A stretch of DNA of 63,348 nucleotides, filler included, from Stramenopiles sp. TOSAG23-3 (taxonomy: Eukaryota), in NCBI GenBank assembly GCA_900128585.1. It is 8 parts of 8 records of this genome, joined end to end, with 100 filler letters (N's around TTAATTAATTAA, not from the genome) between each part and the next. Parts side by side here need not be neighbours in the genome. Positions count along the whole stretch, not along the records: positions 27,933 to 41,793 come from LT642604.1; positions 41,894 to 55,726 come from LT642605.1; 6 more parts are not named here. One strand, 5' to 3'. A model generated the notes under the pieces. It did not search any database. It saw only the letters and a program-made list of their open reading frames with translations, and was not told where the DNA came from. The position numbers and the translations under genes were made by a program. Shown here in pieces: positions 30,901 to 42,438 of this stretch. How positions within the stretch are numbered: the first letter of the stretch is position 1; each line of letters starts with the position of its first letter.

Positions 30901-31661
30901 ACGGGGTCTCTCAACTCTACTTTACAATGATGTTCACGTGCCTAAACTACATTTTCGTGAACTTGTGCATGGCCATTATTTTGGATAATTTTGGTGATAC
31001 ACAGGCGTTGGCGGCGAGCAAAATCAAGTCGGAACACATGGAAGACTTTAAAGAAGCGTGGGAGAGGCAGGACCCAAGGGGGACGAACTGGATCCATGAG
31101 ACGCAGCTAGAGCTCGTGCTTAAGCACGTTGGCTACCCAATGGGTCTACGAGATATCCCAGTTGAACACTTGCACGCAACCACGATTAGGAAGTACAAAA
31201 ATAGATTCATACAGTCACTCCATCTCTCGAGCATCGACGGTAAGATAGAGTTCAAGCAGACGAAGAGGGCGCTGGTAGAAGCTGTGATGGGCCCTTCAGG
31301 CGAGCTTCCACCCACCGTAGCCCTTGTGAAAGAGATGACCAAGCAAAAGCAGGCAATAGACAAAAAGATGTTGGCAAACCACAAGTCTCACCATGTCAGT
31401 CGAGCAGACATTGGTGCCATCGAACGGTGCCCATCTGGAAAAACGCGTATCTCTGATCTGTACGGCGTTCACCACACCTTTGCCGCGAAGCAAATCCAAG
31501 CGATGTTTCGTCAATACAAAGCCAGGTTCAAGGTTAGAAAGTTGAAACAATTGACTAAGTTGGTCAGAGAACAATGCCAAGAAAGAGTAATTTATTTTTC
31601 CTCCCCAGAAGAAGAAAAAGAAGGGGGGGAAAACAAATTAATTTTATTAATTATATTTTAA
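27933..31661 (+). CDS. Four-domain voltage-gated cation channel alpha subunit (Cav-like), domains II-IV plus C-tail; 5'-truncated
   Basis: S4 segments (LRSLRLVRVFKLAR, LRAFRALRALRPLR, FRVLRVARMVRLLR); pore loops TGENW, SGEMW, TGESF; EF-hand-like region and IQ motif IQAMFR. Confidence 0.93.
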   Translation, partial: RAMGDKEVFPDPWGGPIPRSFYKIAINPVFNYSITGIIVLNTVVMAIESYPEDPTIAGISYALNLLFTFIFVVEMIIKMIGLGLRGYCSDGFNIFDGTVVTISLVELGIALSGGGSGGGLAILRSLRLVRVFKLARSWPDLQHLLRTILTSLMDVASASALMLLVVFIFALLGMQFFGGKWTPDAFGGGCERVNATVSCEGDDVPRANFDDIGWSIITVFQVLTGENWNDLLWSGAAAGHYNDGTAILGIGYFVILNCFGAYMIMNIFLAILLAGFEGGDDDDELEDEDPAGDINSAKVAPAPQEKYEVKDGEDGDGESDVSKRKHRIGGRTDIDTANATFHANTLVDIRESEPEMVLAGYACGWFKADSPLRIKIFHFISNPKFDAFILACIGISSAFLAMDEPWVSVCACFEGIEKQDIPVCYDQSRSIPRSFARLFPSGPVEGNSRGYYEFLVYSDLIVTVIFFFEMVLKILGLGLVMGKHSYLRNPWNRLDFVIVWVALISIATGPIVTGFCSGNSGPAVLKALRAFRALRALRPLRVVRRFPELKLVVNSIFKAMPQVLNVCMVAMLFFLIFAIMGVQFFKGKIALCNDGEMATEALCTGSFTISGSDCGMLPTGAEQDQCLLNGDTGVSFPRVWRSKAVNFDNVGNGLVTIFEIASGEMWPDIMYDTIDGVEPGKAMMENYDRGFPSVYYVLVNIVCAMIMINVFCGVIIDKYNDMKEENEGSGLLTVDQRLWVETMKLAMTGRAQSTALPPKKGCGIVPLGLRKKIFDFVTLPAFDYTIMACIGINTLFMACRHADQGPFMDNLLSTANFLFGIIFTIEAAIKLIGLGVSQYFAENWNRFDFTLVVLSWLGQVFTIGSFASLFRVLRVARMVRLLRKNRGLMDLITTVFASVPAMANVVLLLVLMMFIFSAIGMNLFSNVKHGELLNEDANFMTFFAAFNTMWRMSTGESFNGIMHDLRIAEPYCSTSAGGAVDPTEGNCGVDGVSQLYFTMMFTCLNYIFVNLCMAIILDNFGDTQALAASKIKSEHMEDFKEAWERQDPRGTNWIHETQLELVLKHVGYPMGLRDIPVEHLHATTIRKYKNRFIQSLHLSSIDGKIEFKQTKRALVEAVMGPSGELPPTVALVKEMTKQKQAIDKKMLANHKSHHVSRADIGAIERCPSGKTRISDLYGVHHTFAAKQIQAMFRQYKARFKVRKLKQLTKLVREQCQERVIYFSSPEEEKEGGENKLILLIIF

Positions 31662-31792
31662 TATGTACATCTTGATAATTCTTAGAGTTTACAAAATTAT
31701 ATATGTTTTATGCTGTTTGAAAATGTACATTTGTTCTTTCCGTGCGTGTACGCCCGAAGGACACTGCGCCTCATACGTGTCCAGTCCCAACG

Positions 31793-32326
31793 TTACTCTG
31801 GCGACGGGTTCCCAACGCCCGGTGGGACGCGCAAGGGCTTGTGAGGTTTTTCCAGTTGCTTCCCAGGGTCCCGTGCAAGCGATTTGCGCATGTCATGCGC
31901 GTCCTCTTCACCCGAATAGTATCCTATTACTTGCCTGTACAAATTGTACCCCAGCTTTGTGTACATTCCTATCGCCACCTCGTTAGATGCTCGCACGTAT
32001 AAGTCTACGAAGTACGCGTCATAAATTTGCTCCGAGACACTCTCCAGAAAGTCCATCATTTTCCCTGCAAGGCCTAGCCGCCTGTACTCTGGGGCGACGG
32101 TTACTGCAGTGACGTGGCCGTGCCAGTCCTTTCCTTTCCCTTCAACTTTACCCATGACATATCCCATGATTTCTTTATCAGGGGCTTCTTGAACTGCAAA
32201 ATATTCCGGCCATTTCGCCAAGTACTCCAAGTAGAAAGGCTGATGGTAGGTTTCGGTAAGTTCGTCTAGGTTCACGTTGTTAAATTTCAAAAGATCGAAG
32301 CACGTTAAGCGCCGGGTAGTGGCCAT
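31793..32326 (-). CDS. NAA20: N-terminal acetyltransferase NatB catalytic subunit
   Basis: ATG at 32326; FNNVNLDELTETY, YLAKWPEYF, WHGHVTAVTVAPEYRRLGLA, FVDLYVRASN, EDAHDMRK. Confidence 0.95.
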   Translation of the reverse strand: MATTRRLTCFDLLKFNNVNLDELTETYHQPFYLEYLAKWPEYFAVQEAPDKEIMGYVMGKVEGKGKDWHGHVTAVTVAPEYRRLGLAGKMMDFLESVSEQIYDAYFVDLYVRASNEVAIGMYTKLGYNLYRQVIGYYSGEEDAHDMRKSLARDPGKQLEKPHKPLRVPPGVGNPSPE

Positions 32327-33311
32327 GTGGAAAGCACGTTTACGTCGTAGTAACAAAACTATAAAATACTGTTCGGTTGTTATTACTAAAGTCTCTGGTG
32401 GCTTCTCCCTTATCGCAGAGCCTGAACTGTTTTCAGGAATTTTTCACTCTATCAATCAACTATCGAAATCAATTAAAGTTTATCAAAATTAATTAATTAT
32501 AAAATCAAATTCAATCATCGACGAGGAGAGAGAGACGAGAGAAGAAGAAGAAGAAAAAAAGAAGAAGAAAAAAAGAAGAAGAAGAAGGAAAAAAAAAAGA
32601 AGGAAAAGAAGAAGAAAAAAGGAAAAAAGGAAGAAGAGGAGACCCCCCACCCTCTCCCTATAAAAAAACGTATTCATTTTAGTACAGTACTTTATGGCCA
32701 CCAAAAAAAGTAAAAAATGGTTCAATGCTACTTCCTTCCTGAGTAAAATTAAATTGGTATTATTTGGCGCCCTCATTCACTATCATCAGAATGATGATCT
32801 ATATGGATGGATGGATGGTACTATGCTATATACATATATTAATTATTGAGTTAAAATAGCTTCGCTTGTGGGAAAAGATGGATGGAGAAGAAGAAGAAAG
32901 ATACTCCTTCTTCTCTTCCTTCTTCTTATTACTACTACTATAATACGAATGAATAATATAATAAATAAATAATAATAATGAATCCTGAATCCCTAAAAAA
33001 AAATAAGAAGAAAAGAAGAAGAGAAGTAGAAGAAGAAGAAGGGGGTGGTGGTGTTTTTTTTTATTATTATTATTATCCTTTTTTTTATTTTTGGAATTAA
33101 AAAATTAGCATAATAAATTATTGAAATATGTCTTTCTCCTTCTGTAAATATTAATGAATAAATATGCCAGAAATAATGTAGTTTGATGAACCCATAAACA
33201 ACAGGTTGGTTTCAGCGACGTAGCGATATTCCCGGATTGTAGTCAGCGAATTGAAGGAACCAGAAGAACGTTACAAGTGCCCGTACTGGACAGTCGAGGT
33301 AGTGTGGGAAA

Positions 33312-34862
33312 ATGGCAGGTAAGAAACGTATTGCATACTTTTATGATTCTGAAGTGGGGAACTACCACTTTGGGTATGGGCATCCCATGAAGCCACACCG
33401 TGTCCGTATGGCACACGAGCTTATCGTGAACTATGGGCTGTACCAAAAGATGCTGGTGTACCGACCGAGTTTGGCGTCGAAGGAGGACTTAATGAAATTC
33501 CACTCGGAGCCTTACCTTGATTTTTTGGCCTCCATCACGAGGGACACGATGCAAGACCATGTTGCCGAAATGAAACGTTTTTCGGTGGGGCAGGACTGCC
33601 CCGTCTTCGACGGGCTCTACCAGTTTTCTACGATCTGCGCGACCGGTTCGATCGGGGGGGCGCGGCGGCTGAACGAAAACTCCGTGGACGTTGCCGTCAA
33701 CTGGGCAGGGGGGCTGCACCATGCGAAGAAGTCGGAGGCTAGTGGTTTTTGCTTTGTCAACGACTGCGTGTTGGCAATTATTGAATTATTAAGGGTGCAC
33801 GAGCGGGTGCTGTATTTGGACATTGACATCCATCATGGCGATGGGGTAGAAGAAGCATTTTTGACAACCAATCGAGTGATGACTTGCTCGTTTCACAAGT
33901 ACGGGGATTACTTCCCAGGCACGGGGAGCGTAGACGACATCGGGTTGGGGGAAGGAAAAAATTATGCGATCAACTTTCCGCTGAACGACTGGATAGACGA
34001 TTCCACGTACGAGCACGTTTTCAAGACGGTAGTCGGGGCGATCATGGAACACTATCGGCCGGGGGCGATTGTCCTGCAATGTGGGGCAGACTCGCTGGCT
34101 GGAGACCGTCTGGGGATATTTAACTTAACTATGAAAGGCCACGCGGCCTGCGTGGATTACGTGAAGAGTTTCAACGTGCCCCTGATGATCCTCGGCGGGG
34201 GCGGCTACACGATGCGAAACGTTGCCAGGTTGTGGGCGTACGAGACGTCCGTTCTTTTAGAGGAAGAGATTTCGAACAAGCTGCCGCCGAACGGCTACTT
34301 TGAGTACTTTGGGCCGGACTACAAGCTGCACATCGAGAGAGTGCCGCAGGTAAAGAATGCAAATACCCCCGAATACATTGATAGTATCATGCAGAAGGTG
34401 TTGACGACGTTGAGGTCCATCGACAACTCGCCAAGCGTTCAGATTAACACCGGGCAGCCGGGCACGGGCATTGTGTTGGGCAAAAGCGCCTCGGCTGCCA
34501 AAGAAGACATGGAGGCCGAGAAAGACAATCTTCACAACTCAGGACATGACGAACGCGAAACCGCCGCGGAAAAAGACATGCAAGTGCAGCACCGGCTGGA
34601 ATACTACGCCGGAGACAGGGATCAAGATGGCGTGTCGAGCGCCAACAAACCCAACGATAGTAACAAGCCAAGTTCCCCGAACGCCCCCGTGCCGGGAGAC
34701 GCCCCTGGGAACGGGGCAGAAAGCACTGCTGCATCAGACAGCAATGGTAGTGCCGCCTTGCCCGGGGACAATAACGGTAATGAAGGCGCTGGGGACAACG
34801 CTAAGTCTGTGCCCGAGCCTGCCCCTGCAAAAGACGCGAATGGCGGCGCCGAAACGTCCTAA
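33312..34862 (+). CDS. Class I histone deacetylase (RPD3/HDAC1-like)
   Basis: [60 protein letters not shown]; low-complexity tail. Confidence 0.96.
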   Translation: MAGKKRIAYFYDSEVGNYHFGYGHPMKPHRVRMAHELIVNYGLYQKMLVYRPSLASKEDLMKFHSEPYLDFLASITRDTMQDHVAEMKRFSVGQDCPVFDGLYQFSTICATGSIGGARRLNENSVDVAVNWAGGLHHAKKSEASGFCFVNDCVLAIIELLRVHERVLYLDIDIHHGDGVEEAFLTTNRVMTCSFHKYGDYFPGTGSVDDIGLGEGKNYAINFPLNDWIDDSTYEHVFKTVVGAIMEHYRPGAIVLQCGADSLAGDRLGIFNLTMKGHAACVDYVKSFNVPLMILGGGGYTMRNVARLWAYETSVLLEEEISNKLPPNGYFEYFGPDYKLHIERVPQVKNANTPEYIDSIMQKVLTTLRSIDNSPSVQINTGQPGTGIVLGKSASAAKEDMEAEKDNLHNSGHDERETAAEKDMQVQHRLEYYAGDRDQDGVSSANKPNDSNKPSSPNAPVPGDAPGNGAESTAASDSNGSAALPGDNNGNEGAGDNAKSVPEPAPAKDANGGAETS

Positions 34863-35080
34863 GCGAGACCTTCGCGTCTCTGTGTTGAACTTTAAATAAT
34901 TTTTAACATTTAAAAACAAAATCCTATGCTTATGATAAGTGTTTTAATTCAGTTTATCTATAAAAATTATCAACAGTTTAAAAAACATTCCCACTATCAT
35001 AAGCGTAAAAGATATTTTTTTACTTTTAGTGTTTTACTTTACTCATGTTCGTCCCACGATTACATGGTCCCTCCGTCCTC

Positions 35081-35635
35081 TTACACCAAACACAAAATGG
35101 TAAATTTAACTTTTGGCGACTCGGTGCATTCTGCATTTACCGTGCACACCACGCCAAGGCTGGACAGTGCGCCGCGAATTAGCCCGCACGGGTAAATCAA
35201 AAACTTCAAGACTTCAGTGTCAAAGTCAACGTCCCCAACCGGGGCAACGTGCTCCAGTAACGAAAAGTTTGTGTCTTCTATGACATACGTGTCGTAATTG
35301 TTTGTCTGCAGCCTCGGTACTTTGGTTGCTCCAAACGCAAAGGCCCAAAAGTCCTTGCACATAAACTTCATAACGTCCCGTGCGCCCTTCATGCGCCTCA
35401 TCCCCTTGGCTCGCCCTTCTACTATTCTTTGTCCTACTTGGAATCCGATAGACTCAATATTACTGACTGCTACTTCCACTGGAAGTGAGCTATAACTGCT
35501 GCGGTCCGACGAACCCTCTCCACTTCCTTCGCCTTCTTCCTGCCCCCCCGCATCCCTTGGAAGCATAGTATTTACAAGCTCATTCAGAAAATAGTCCTGG
35601 ACACACTTGGCAATCATATGCGGTGGTTCCCCCAT
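35081..35635 (-). CDS. TRAPPC6: TRAPP complex subunit 6 (Trs33)
   Basis: IESIGFQVGQRIVE, VMKFMCKDFW, LQTN, YPCGLIRGALSSLG; first ATG at 35635. Confidence 0.9.
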   Translation of the reverse strand: MGEPPHMIAKCVQDYFLNELVNTMLPRDAGGQEEGEGSGEGSSDRSSYSSLPVEVAVSNIESIGFQVGQRIVEGRAKGMRRMKGARDVMKFMCKDFWAFAFGATKVPRLQTNNYDTYVIEDTNFSLLEHVAPVGDVDFDTEVLKFLIYPCGLIRGALSSLGVVCTVNAECTESPKVKFTILCLV

Positions 35636-37521
35636 GACAACAACAGCAACCAATTTCTTTGTACCGAGGGAGAGTGTCTAACAAAACACAATGTTTATGT
35701 CATGCGAATAATTCTTTCATAACATAAACTACCCTTCCTTTGGTTTTCATTTAATTATTCCTGATGAGGTATAGAAAGGTACAGTAATTAAAAATCACCA
35801 CACCACTACTACATGCTTTATTTAATAAACAAACAAAAAACAACATCAACATTTTTTTTAATAATAATTTTACTTTTTATAATAAATAAAAAACAACAAC
35901 ATTTTTTTTTCTCTCTACTTCTTCTTCTTTGTATTTTTCTTATCTTATATTACACAAATAAACCTTAATTAGCTTATTATTGTTGTTGTGGCTTTCGTCC
36001 ATCCCTTTCTTCTGACTTCTGATTTATAAAAAAAAATAATAATTATTAAAAAAAAATTAAATTAAAAAAAAAAGGATCTTCTCTACTATTTATAATATTA
36101 ATAATAGGGAACCTAATGTATTGAATATTGTAGTTAAATATAAAATAGAAGTACAGAATAAATAAATAATACATCCAATATTTTATCTATGAAAATATTT
36201 TATAAGTACTATTTAAATTTTCCGTTCATTTTTATTTTTGAATGGTATGTGTATATAAAAGGGCATCATTTGTTTTCTTTTTTTTACTGCTCTACATAGG
36301 TATTTATGTATTGTATATAAATATTAAGTAATATTTGGCTTAACCAATCAAGAGTGGTATTTCTGTTTCCTCTCCCTTCCATTGTATTCGATGTACTAAA
36401 ATTTCCTGTTGAAAAGTAAATACAAATTTGAAATTACCTTCGCTGTGATGGTATTATACAATTGCATTCTATTGTATTCACATATTAATGTCCGTTTAAT
36501 TTATTTATTTTTTAAAGTATTAATTCGATAGGGAATAGAGAATACGTTATTTATTTCATAGGGAAATACCAGAATATAAATAAACGAAGTACAACTATAA
36601 ATAGGGGTATAATTTAATAGAATACAATGTAATTTAACTATACAAACTAAGTATAAAAAATAAAAAGAAGAAATGAAAAGAGAAAAGAGAAAAGAGAATA
36701 GAGAAAAGAGAATAGAGAATAGAGAAAAGAGAAAAGCATGCAAATACAGAGGAATGTAATTACAGGTAGGAAGGAGAAAAAAATAATCAATCATCATCCA
36801 TCATCATCACACAAAAAATAATAAAAAATAATAATAATAATTTTATAGTTGTTTGAAGACTCTCTCTATTATACTATTTAATACGACGTATTATACTGTA
36901 TGCATACTTATTATAATAATAAATTTTAATATTTAATAATAATAGTAATAGTAATGCTGATGCAAATTAAAATGATGAATGATGTATTTTATACAAAACA
37001 AATATAATATTTTAATATTTTTTTGTTTGGCCAATTATTAGGATGTGATGGTTTGAAAAGGTAATTAGTTATTAAATGGCCAGGTAGATAGATCATTTCA
37101 GTTGTATGAACAAGTAGTCAGTTGGGTCGATGATTTTAAGAATTAAACAAATTTACATACGTAGAGGTTCTCCTCTTTTTGGTCCTAAAAAAAAAGATAT
37201 ATAATATCCGGTCGTCTTTTGCTGAACCCTGAACACAGTTGACTCAAAGCACGGGCGAGAGCAATTACTGTACTTTTGGGGAGCTTAGCGTACGTGTGAC
37301 TCTAACACGTAAGGGAGGTATTACGTGAGGCTTTGCCGTTTTCTGAGCCTGTGCCGTTGATACGACTGGGAAACCAAGGAATCGCTGCGGCTACTGCTAT
37401 TTCACGGGACTTTGGGTCGGAAGCGAACGAGGGCCGGCAGAAAAAACTTGTTTTTCAGTAGGGGGAAAAAGTAACCTTTGCGTAAAAGGCTTGGTTCGTC
37501 GTGGAAATAGTTTTTGGCAGC

Positions 37522-40500
37522 ATGGAGAAACGATCGACAGTTTGCTCCGTGAGGTTGCGGTTGCCGGTTGCATGCATGCTCTCCGTGCTCACTTGTCTTT
37601 TTGCTTTGCTAGCGAGCGCGGACGTTCAAACTGCGCTGAACTTTGCAACCCAGCAGTTAGACTACATAGCCAACTCAAACGCAGCGCCGCCGGCGTCGAA
37701 GAAAGACGTGTCCGCGCTTACTTGGTCGGTTCAACCCTCCTCCACGGCGAAAATCACAGAGGCTGGGAGATGGCAGGATGTCGCAGATACAAGTATCATT
37801 TTTTCTCTTCAAAGAGCTGCAATCGTCGTCGTCGATTACGATTTGGTTGCGAAAGCGACAAAACTGTATCACCCTGGGGGGGATTTTGTTAATAGTAGAA
37901 CGCAGCAGTTGTCCAGCAATGGGGATTTTCTTGCTACCCGTTTGGCAGTGGATGGGATGCCGTTTAGACAGTCAGGCTCCCACGTTAGTCCCGTCTCCAG
38001 TTTAGAGAGTAGCTCCCGGCAATTGTCTGGCACGGTAGTAGTACAACTACCCAAAGGCAACCATTCCGTCAAATTGCAGTGGAAAAAGTGGGGGCACGTG
38101 GTTCACTCGTGGTCAAGCTCCCCGGGAAACCCCGGGCACGATGGCATGTCCAACTACAGGTCGATCACAGTGACTTCCCGTCATAAGTATTTATGGTACG
38201 CTCAACCCCTAACCACTGGGCGGATCATGGGGAGCCAAAAGGGTTGGCACGATGTTAAGGACATGACCGTTTCTTTTTCCACGCCCCGAAAGTGGACCCT
38301 GCGCTTTATTTACCACATTCAAGTCTCGCCTCAGTCGGCCCCAAACGCGAACGTGCACGCCCAGCCAGATTTTTTGTCCATGCGACTTGTCCTGGACGGT
38401 GTGGCGTACCGTGAAACTAGTGCACTGACGACCTCTTTTTCTCGGACGTACAGTACGTCCAGCATGACGGGGGAGATAACGCTAGAAGTTCCACCGGGTA
38501 CGCACAAAGTAGTGCTGCAGTGGAGAAAATGGGGGACTTCAGTTCCGGTGTGGTGGAGTCACCCGCATTTTCTAGATGGCTTCGTGTCTGGTCGGAGTCT
38601 CATTGTCATGGGGGAACACCACCCCGTAGCCTACGCCCAGCCAATGCCCGATGCCGCGCTTGCGTCCTCGAAAAACATGACGTCGAATGGATGGAGAGAT
38701 GTACATAGCACAAAAATCAGTTTTACGATGCCGACTCCTGGCAAAGTCACCTTCTCATACATAGTAAGCATAGCAAATTGGGGCCGCCCTGACTGGGACG
38801 CCTGGACGTGGGCGAAGTGGAGCGCCGTTGGGCTTCGCCTGGTTGTCGATGGACTGCCATTTTCCGAAAGTGGCACTTACGCAGACCCTAGCGTTAGAAG
38901 CACAGAAGACGTAGAGGGTGACTTGACGATTGACCTTCCAGCAGGTCCTCATATGGCGCAACTCCAGTGGCATGCGTACGGCTCTTCGGTCAAGGAGTGG
39001 CGGTCGTTGCAGCAAATACTGGATGGGTACGCTGGCAGCCGCCAGCTGCTGGCTGTCGTGCACTCGAAAAACTATGCCCCACAGCTGACAACCCCACAGG
39101 TAAAAAGTGTGGAAGAGGATGGCCTGGTTGGTATTGGGATCGACGTAACAGACTTAGATTTTACTAAAACGCCTGATGCAGAAGTGTCGGTAACACTTCA
39201 AACAAAGAATGGGACAATTAGTTTGAGCGAGGATAGTAAACTTAGTTTCGCCGTCGGGAACGGCAAAAACGACAAGTACGTGCGGTTTTCGGGCGATTTG
39301 GAGTCTGTGAACTCAGCGCTGAAAAATATTTCGTACCAGGCACACCATGATTTTCATGGGATGGACAACCTGACGGTTACAGTGGATGACCAAGGAAACA
39401 CAGGCGGGAGTGGGTACGGGGCTGTAGACGTCCGCACTGTCCAGCTCAACGTAGAATCAGCTAACGACCAGCCAACATTTTCAGTACCAGCGCCGCAAAT
39501 GATCAACGAAGACACTGCTCTCATTATTAATGGGGTCGGGGTGTACGATGTTGATGTGCGCTTAGGTTTGCCTGGGGCAGCTTTTCAGATGACCATAAGC
39601 GTTGTCAGTGGACGGCTTTCATTGTCTAACCTAGGAAATGGCCTTCGCTTTATCGCTGGGGACGGGGAAGAGGACACGTCGATGACATTTACAGGGAGTC
39701 TTTCGTCTATAAATAGCGCACTGAAACAACTCACGTACATTGGCGATTTTGATTCAAATTCCGAACAAGCTTTTGAAGCTCTCACGTTGCATATTAGCGA
39801 TTTAGGGTTAGATGGGACCGCTGCGGGCACTGCACTCAACGACACGGTGGTTATCCCAATCCGCGTGAACCCGGTAAATGATGCACCCCAAATTGTGTAC
39901 CCACAGTCTCAAACGGTATCGTTAAAGGGGTACAAAGTAGCAGATGTTGACTTGGGTTCCGGTGATTTGATGAGAGTCAACATTTCTGTGTTAAGCACGG
40001 CCGGTTATATTAGCATCAACCCGGCAGCTTCCGGTATAAGTTTTTTAGGTTCGTCTACCGGTGTGTATGAGCGGACCGTGCAGTTTGAGGCGGCAATTTC
40101 GAATATTAACGTCGCGCTCAGCTCTTTAGAATACACCAGGTATCCTGCGTTTGATGGCGGTGATACTCTTGTTTTTTCGTTTGGGGATAGCAACCAGCAT
40201 ATTTTTGATACAACTATGGTGGAATTGTCTCTGAACAACAATGTAAATAAGGGGGGGGCACAGCCATCCATTTCATCCATATTGCCCCGCCGCGGCCCTG
40301 TCGACGGCGGGACTATCATACACGCGAGGGGGGAAAATTTTGGTGGGCATGGAGACTTGTTTTGTCAATTTGGTTCGCACAACGAAGTTCCTGCTCTTAT
40401 CCTATCAAGTACGAGTTTAGAATGCGCAACGCCCCCGTCAAGTGGGGGAAGTTCGTTGCTGCGCGTCACAAATAAGCTTGACATTTCCACAAACGCTCTC

Positions 40501-41793
40501 GAGTTTCTTTTTGACGAGAGGTTTTATCTCAATGACTTAAGCCCACGTCGGGGGACCGTTCTTGGAGGGACGGAAATCTCAATTATAGGCAAAAAATTTC
40601 CAGACTCTAACGGAGCAACGTGCAAGTTTGGGCTTGCCTCGCCTGTGCTTGCATTGTGGGTGAGTCCGACGGAAATCAAATGCATATCTCCCGCTCAGAC
40701 ATTGCCCGGTCGAACAAGCATTCAATTGAGTTCAAATGGCATAGACTATTCGCCTCAAACGCTCTCTTTTATATATGATAAAGAAATGGAATTGATTGGG
40801 CTGTCACCAACCCGTGGCCCCTCTATAGGTGGGACACTGGTTGTTCTCTCAGGGCTAAACTTTAGGTTAGACCCTAATTTGAAGTGTCGCTTCGGAATTG
40901 AAGATGTCATGGCAACCTTCATAAATAGTACAACTATACATTGCATTGCCCCGCCTGCAGTAGAAAAGCGTAGTATTGTGCACATTACATTGACTCAAAA
41001 TGCTGTTGACTATACCCATTCGAGTCTTCAGTTCCAATACGAAGATGCGCCGCAAGTAGTTAGAATAAGCCCAAGCGGTGGGTACATTGCAGGAGGAACA
41101 AATGTTGAATTGGAAGTAAAAAATCTTCCTCGCAGTGGTAGAATCTCTTGTAAGTTTGGAGACATGGCTGGCGTGCCTGCAGATTATGTCGCGCGCCATA
41201 TAGTAAAATGTGTCTCCCCGGGCGTTTTCGAAAGTCAATTTGTAGCTGTTGAAGTATCATCAAATGATCAAGATTATACCTCGGATATGGTTCAGTTCCA
41301 TTACCAAAACCCAGCTAGTGTGCTGGCACTCTCTCCAAATTCTGGCCCTTCTACAGGATATACACTTGTAGACGTGTATGGAACCAATTTTGTAGACTCA
41401 AGTTCTTTGTTTTGTGCATTTGGTCAAGCAGTTCCGACGTTGTGGCAAAGAAAAGGATATCGCCCTGAGACACAATGCACATACATAACAATAAGCCCAG
41501 ACACTCACAAAACTTGTGACGATGATCGTATTTCAAACATTTCCTTTACATGCTTTGTTCGGGCGTACTGGGTAGCTTCGCACCATATCCAATGCGTTTC
41601 ACCACCTTTCCGGCCAGGCAAAGTGTCTATTGAAATTACGAACAATGACTTAGACTTCACAGCTTCTATTGTCCAATTTGTATTCAATGATGCAGTGACT
41701 GTGAATTTGATACGCCCAACGTTTGGGCCTGTCGGTACCTCAACCGCGGTTACCGTACAAGGGACTGGGTTTGTGTTTTCACGGAGTCTTTAC
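37522..41793 (+). CDS. Large cell-surface protein: signal peptide, three beta-rich repeats, three cadherin-like/bacterial Ig repeats, and at least five IPT/TIG repeats; 3'-truncated
   Basis: Hydrophobic leader; LQW-containing repeats; DFHGMDNLTVTVDDQGNTG...ANDQP and NPVNDAP; repeated P..GP..GGT.....G.NF......C.FG. Confidence 0.82.
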
Positions 41794-41893
41794 NNNNNNN
41801 NNNNNNNNNNNNNNNNNNNNNNNNNNNNNNNNNNNNNTTAATTAATTAANNNNNNNNNNNNNNNNNNNNNNNNNNNNNNNNNNNNNNNNNNNN

Positions 41894-42060
41894 TATTGCC
41901 ATATAAAACCTAATAGGGTTTTATGTACACAATTTTCTGTAAAATGGTTGGGTTACATACAGGGTTATGGATACTATTGCCATATAAAACCTAATAGGGT
42001 TTTATGTACACAATTTTGTGTCAAATGGTAGGGTTACATACAGGGTTATGGATACTATTG
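41894..42060. repeat. 81-bp tandem repeat (2 copies plus a fragment) at contig start, with an internal hairpin
   Basis: Units 41894-41974 and 41975-42055 nearly identical; contain ATATAAAACC-TAATAG-GGTTTTATGT. Confidence 0.9.
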
Positions 42061-42438
42061 TGTACTACAAGCAATCAATGAACACAATTGTCGATTTTCT
42101 TTTTTTTTCTTCTTTTTTATTTCCATCATGCTATTTCTATATTAATAATATATCATTTCTTTATTTAAAGATTCTTCTTGTTTGTTGTTAGTCCTCCTCC
42201 ATTCTTCTTCGTTATTATTCGGTAGTTCGGTCGGTAGGAACTCCTCCGTCGTATCCATTTTGTTCGTTAGTTTTCTTTATCCCTGTAGAACACGGTGAAA
42301 CAGTGTTTTTATGTAGTAGATATTTGCACATAAAACGTTTACTTTGGAACGGAAACATTCTGCTGCAACACTATACATAGTATACTGTTCTAATTTCGTT
42401 TTTCAGTGTGACACAAAGTTTGAAGAGATTTTGTTAGA

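Noticed and set aside
35660-37200. Long AT-rich tract as centromere or hidden gene (ORF 36501-36797)
   Set aside because: Composition matches other divergent intergenic spacers; the ORF is low-complexity F/L/S/I; nothing specific supports a centromere.
41420-41560. In-frame intron within the fifth IPT repeat
   Set aside because: A ~45-aa insertion is visible, but there is no good donor, branch or acceptor and the frame is open; treated as a loop insertion.
41894-42060. CRISPR array
   Set aside because: Contiguous tandem units with no unique spacers, no cas genes, eukaryotic context.
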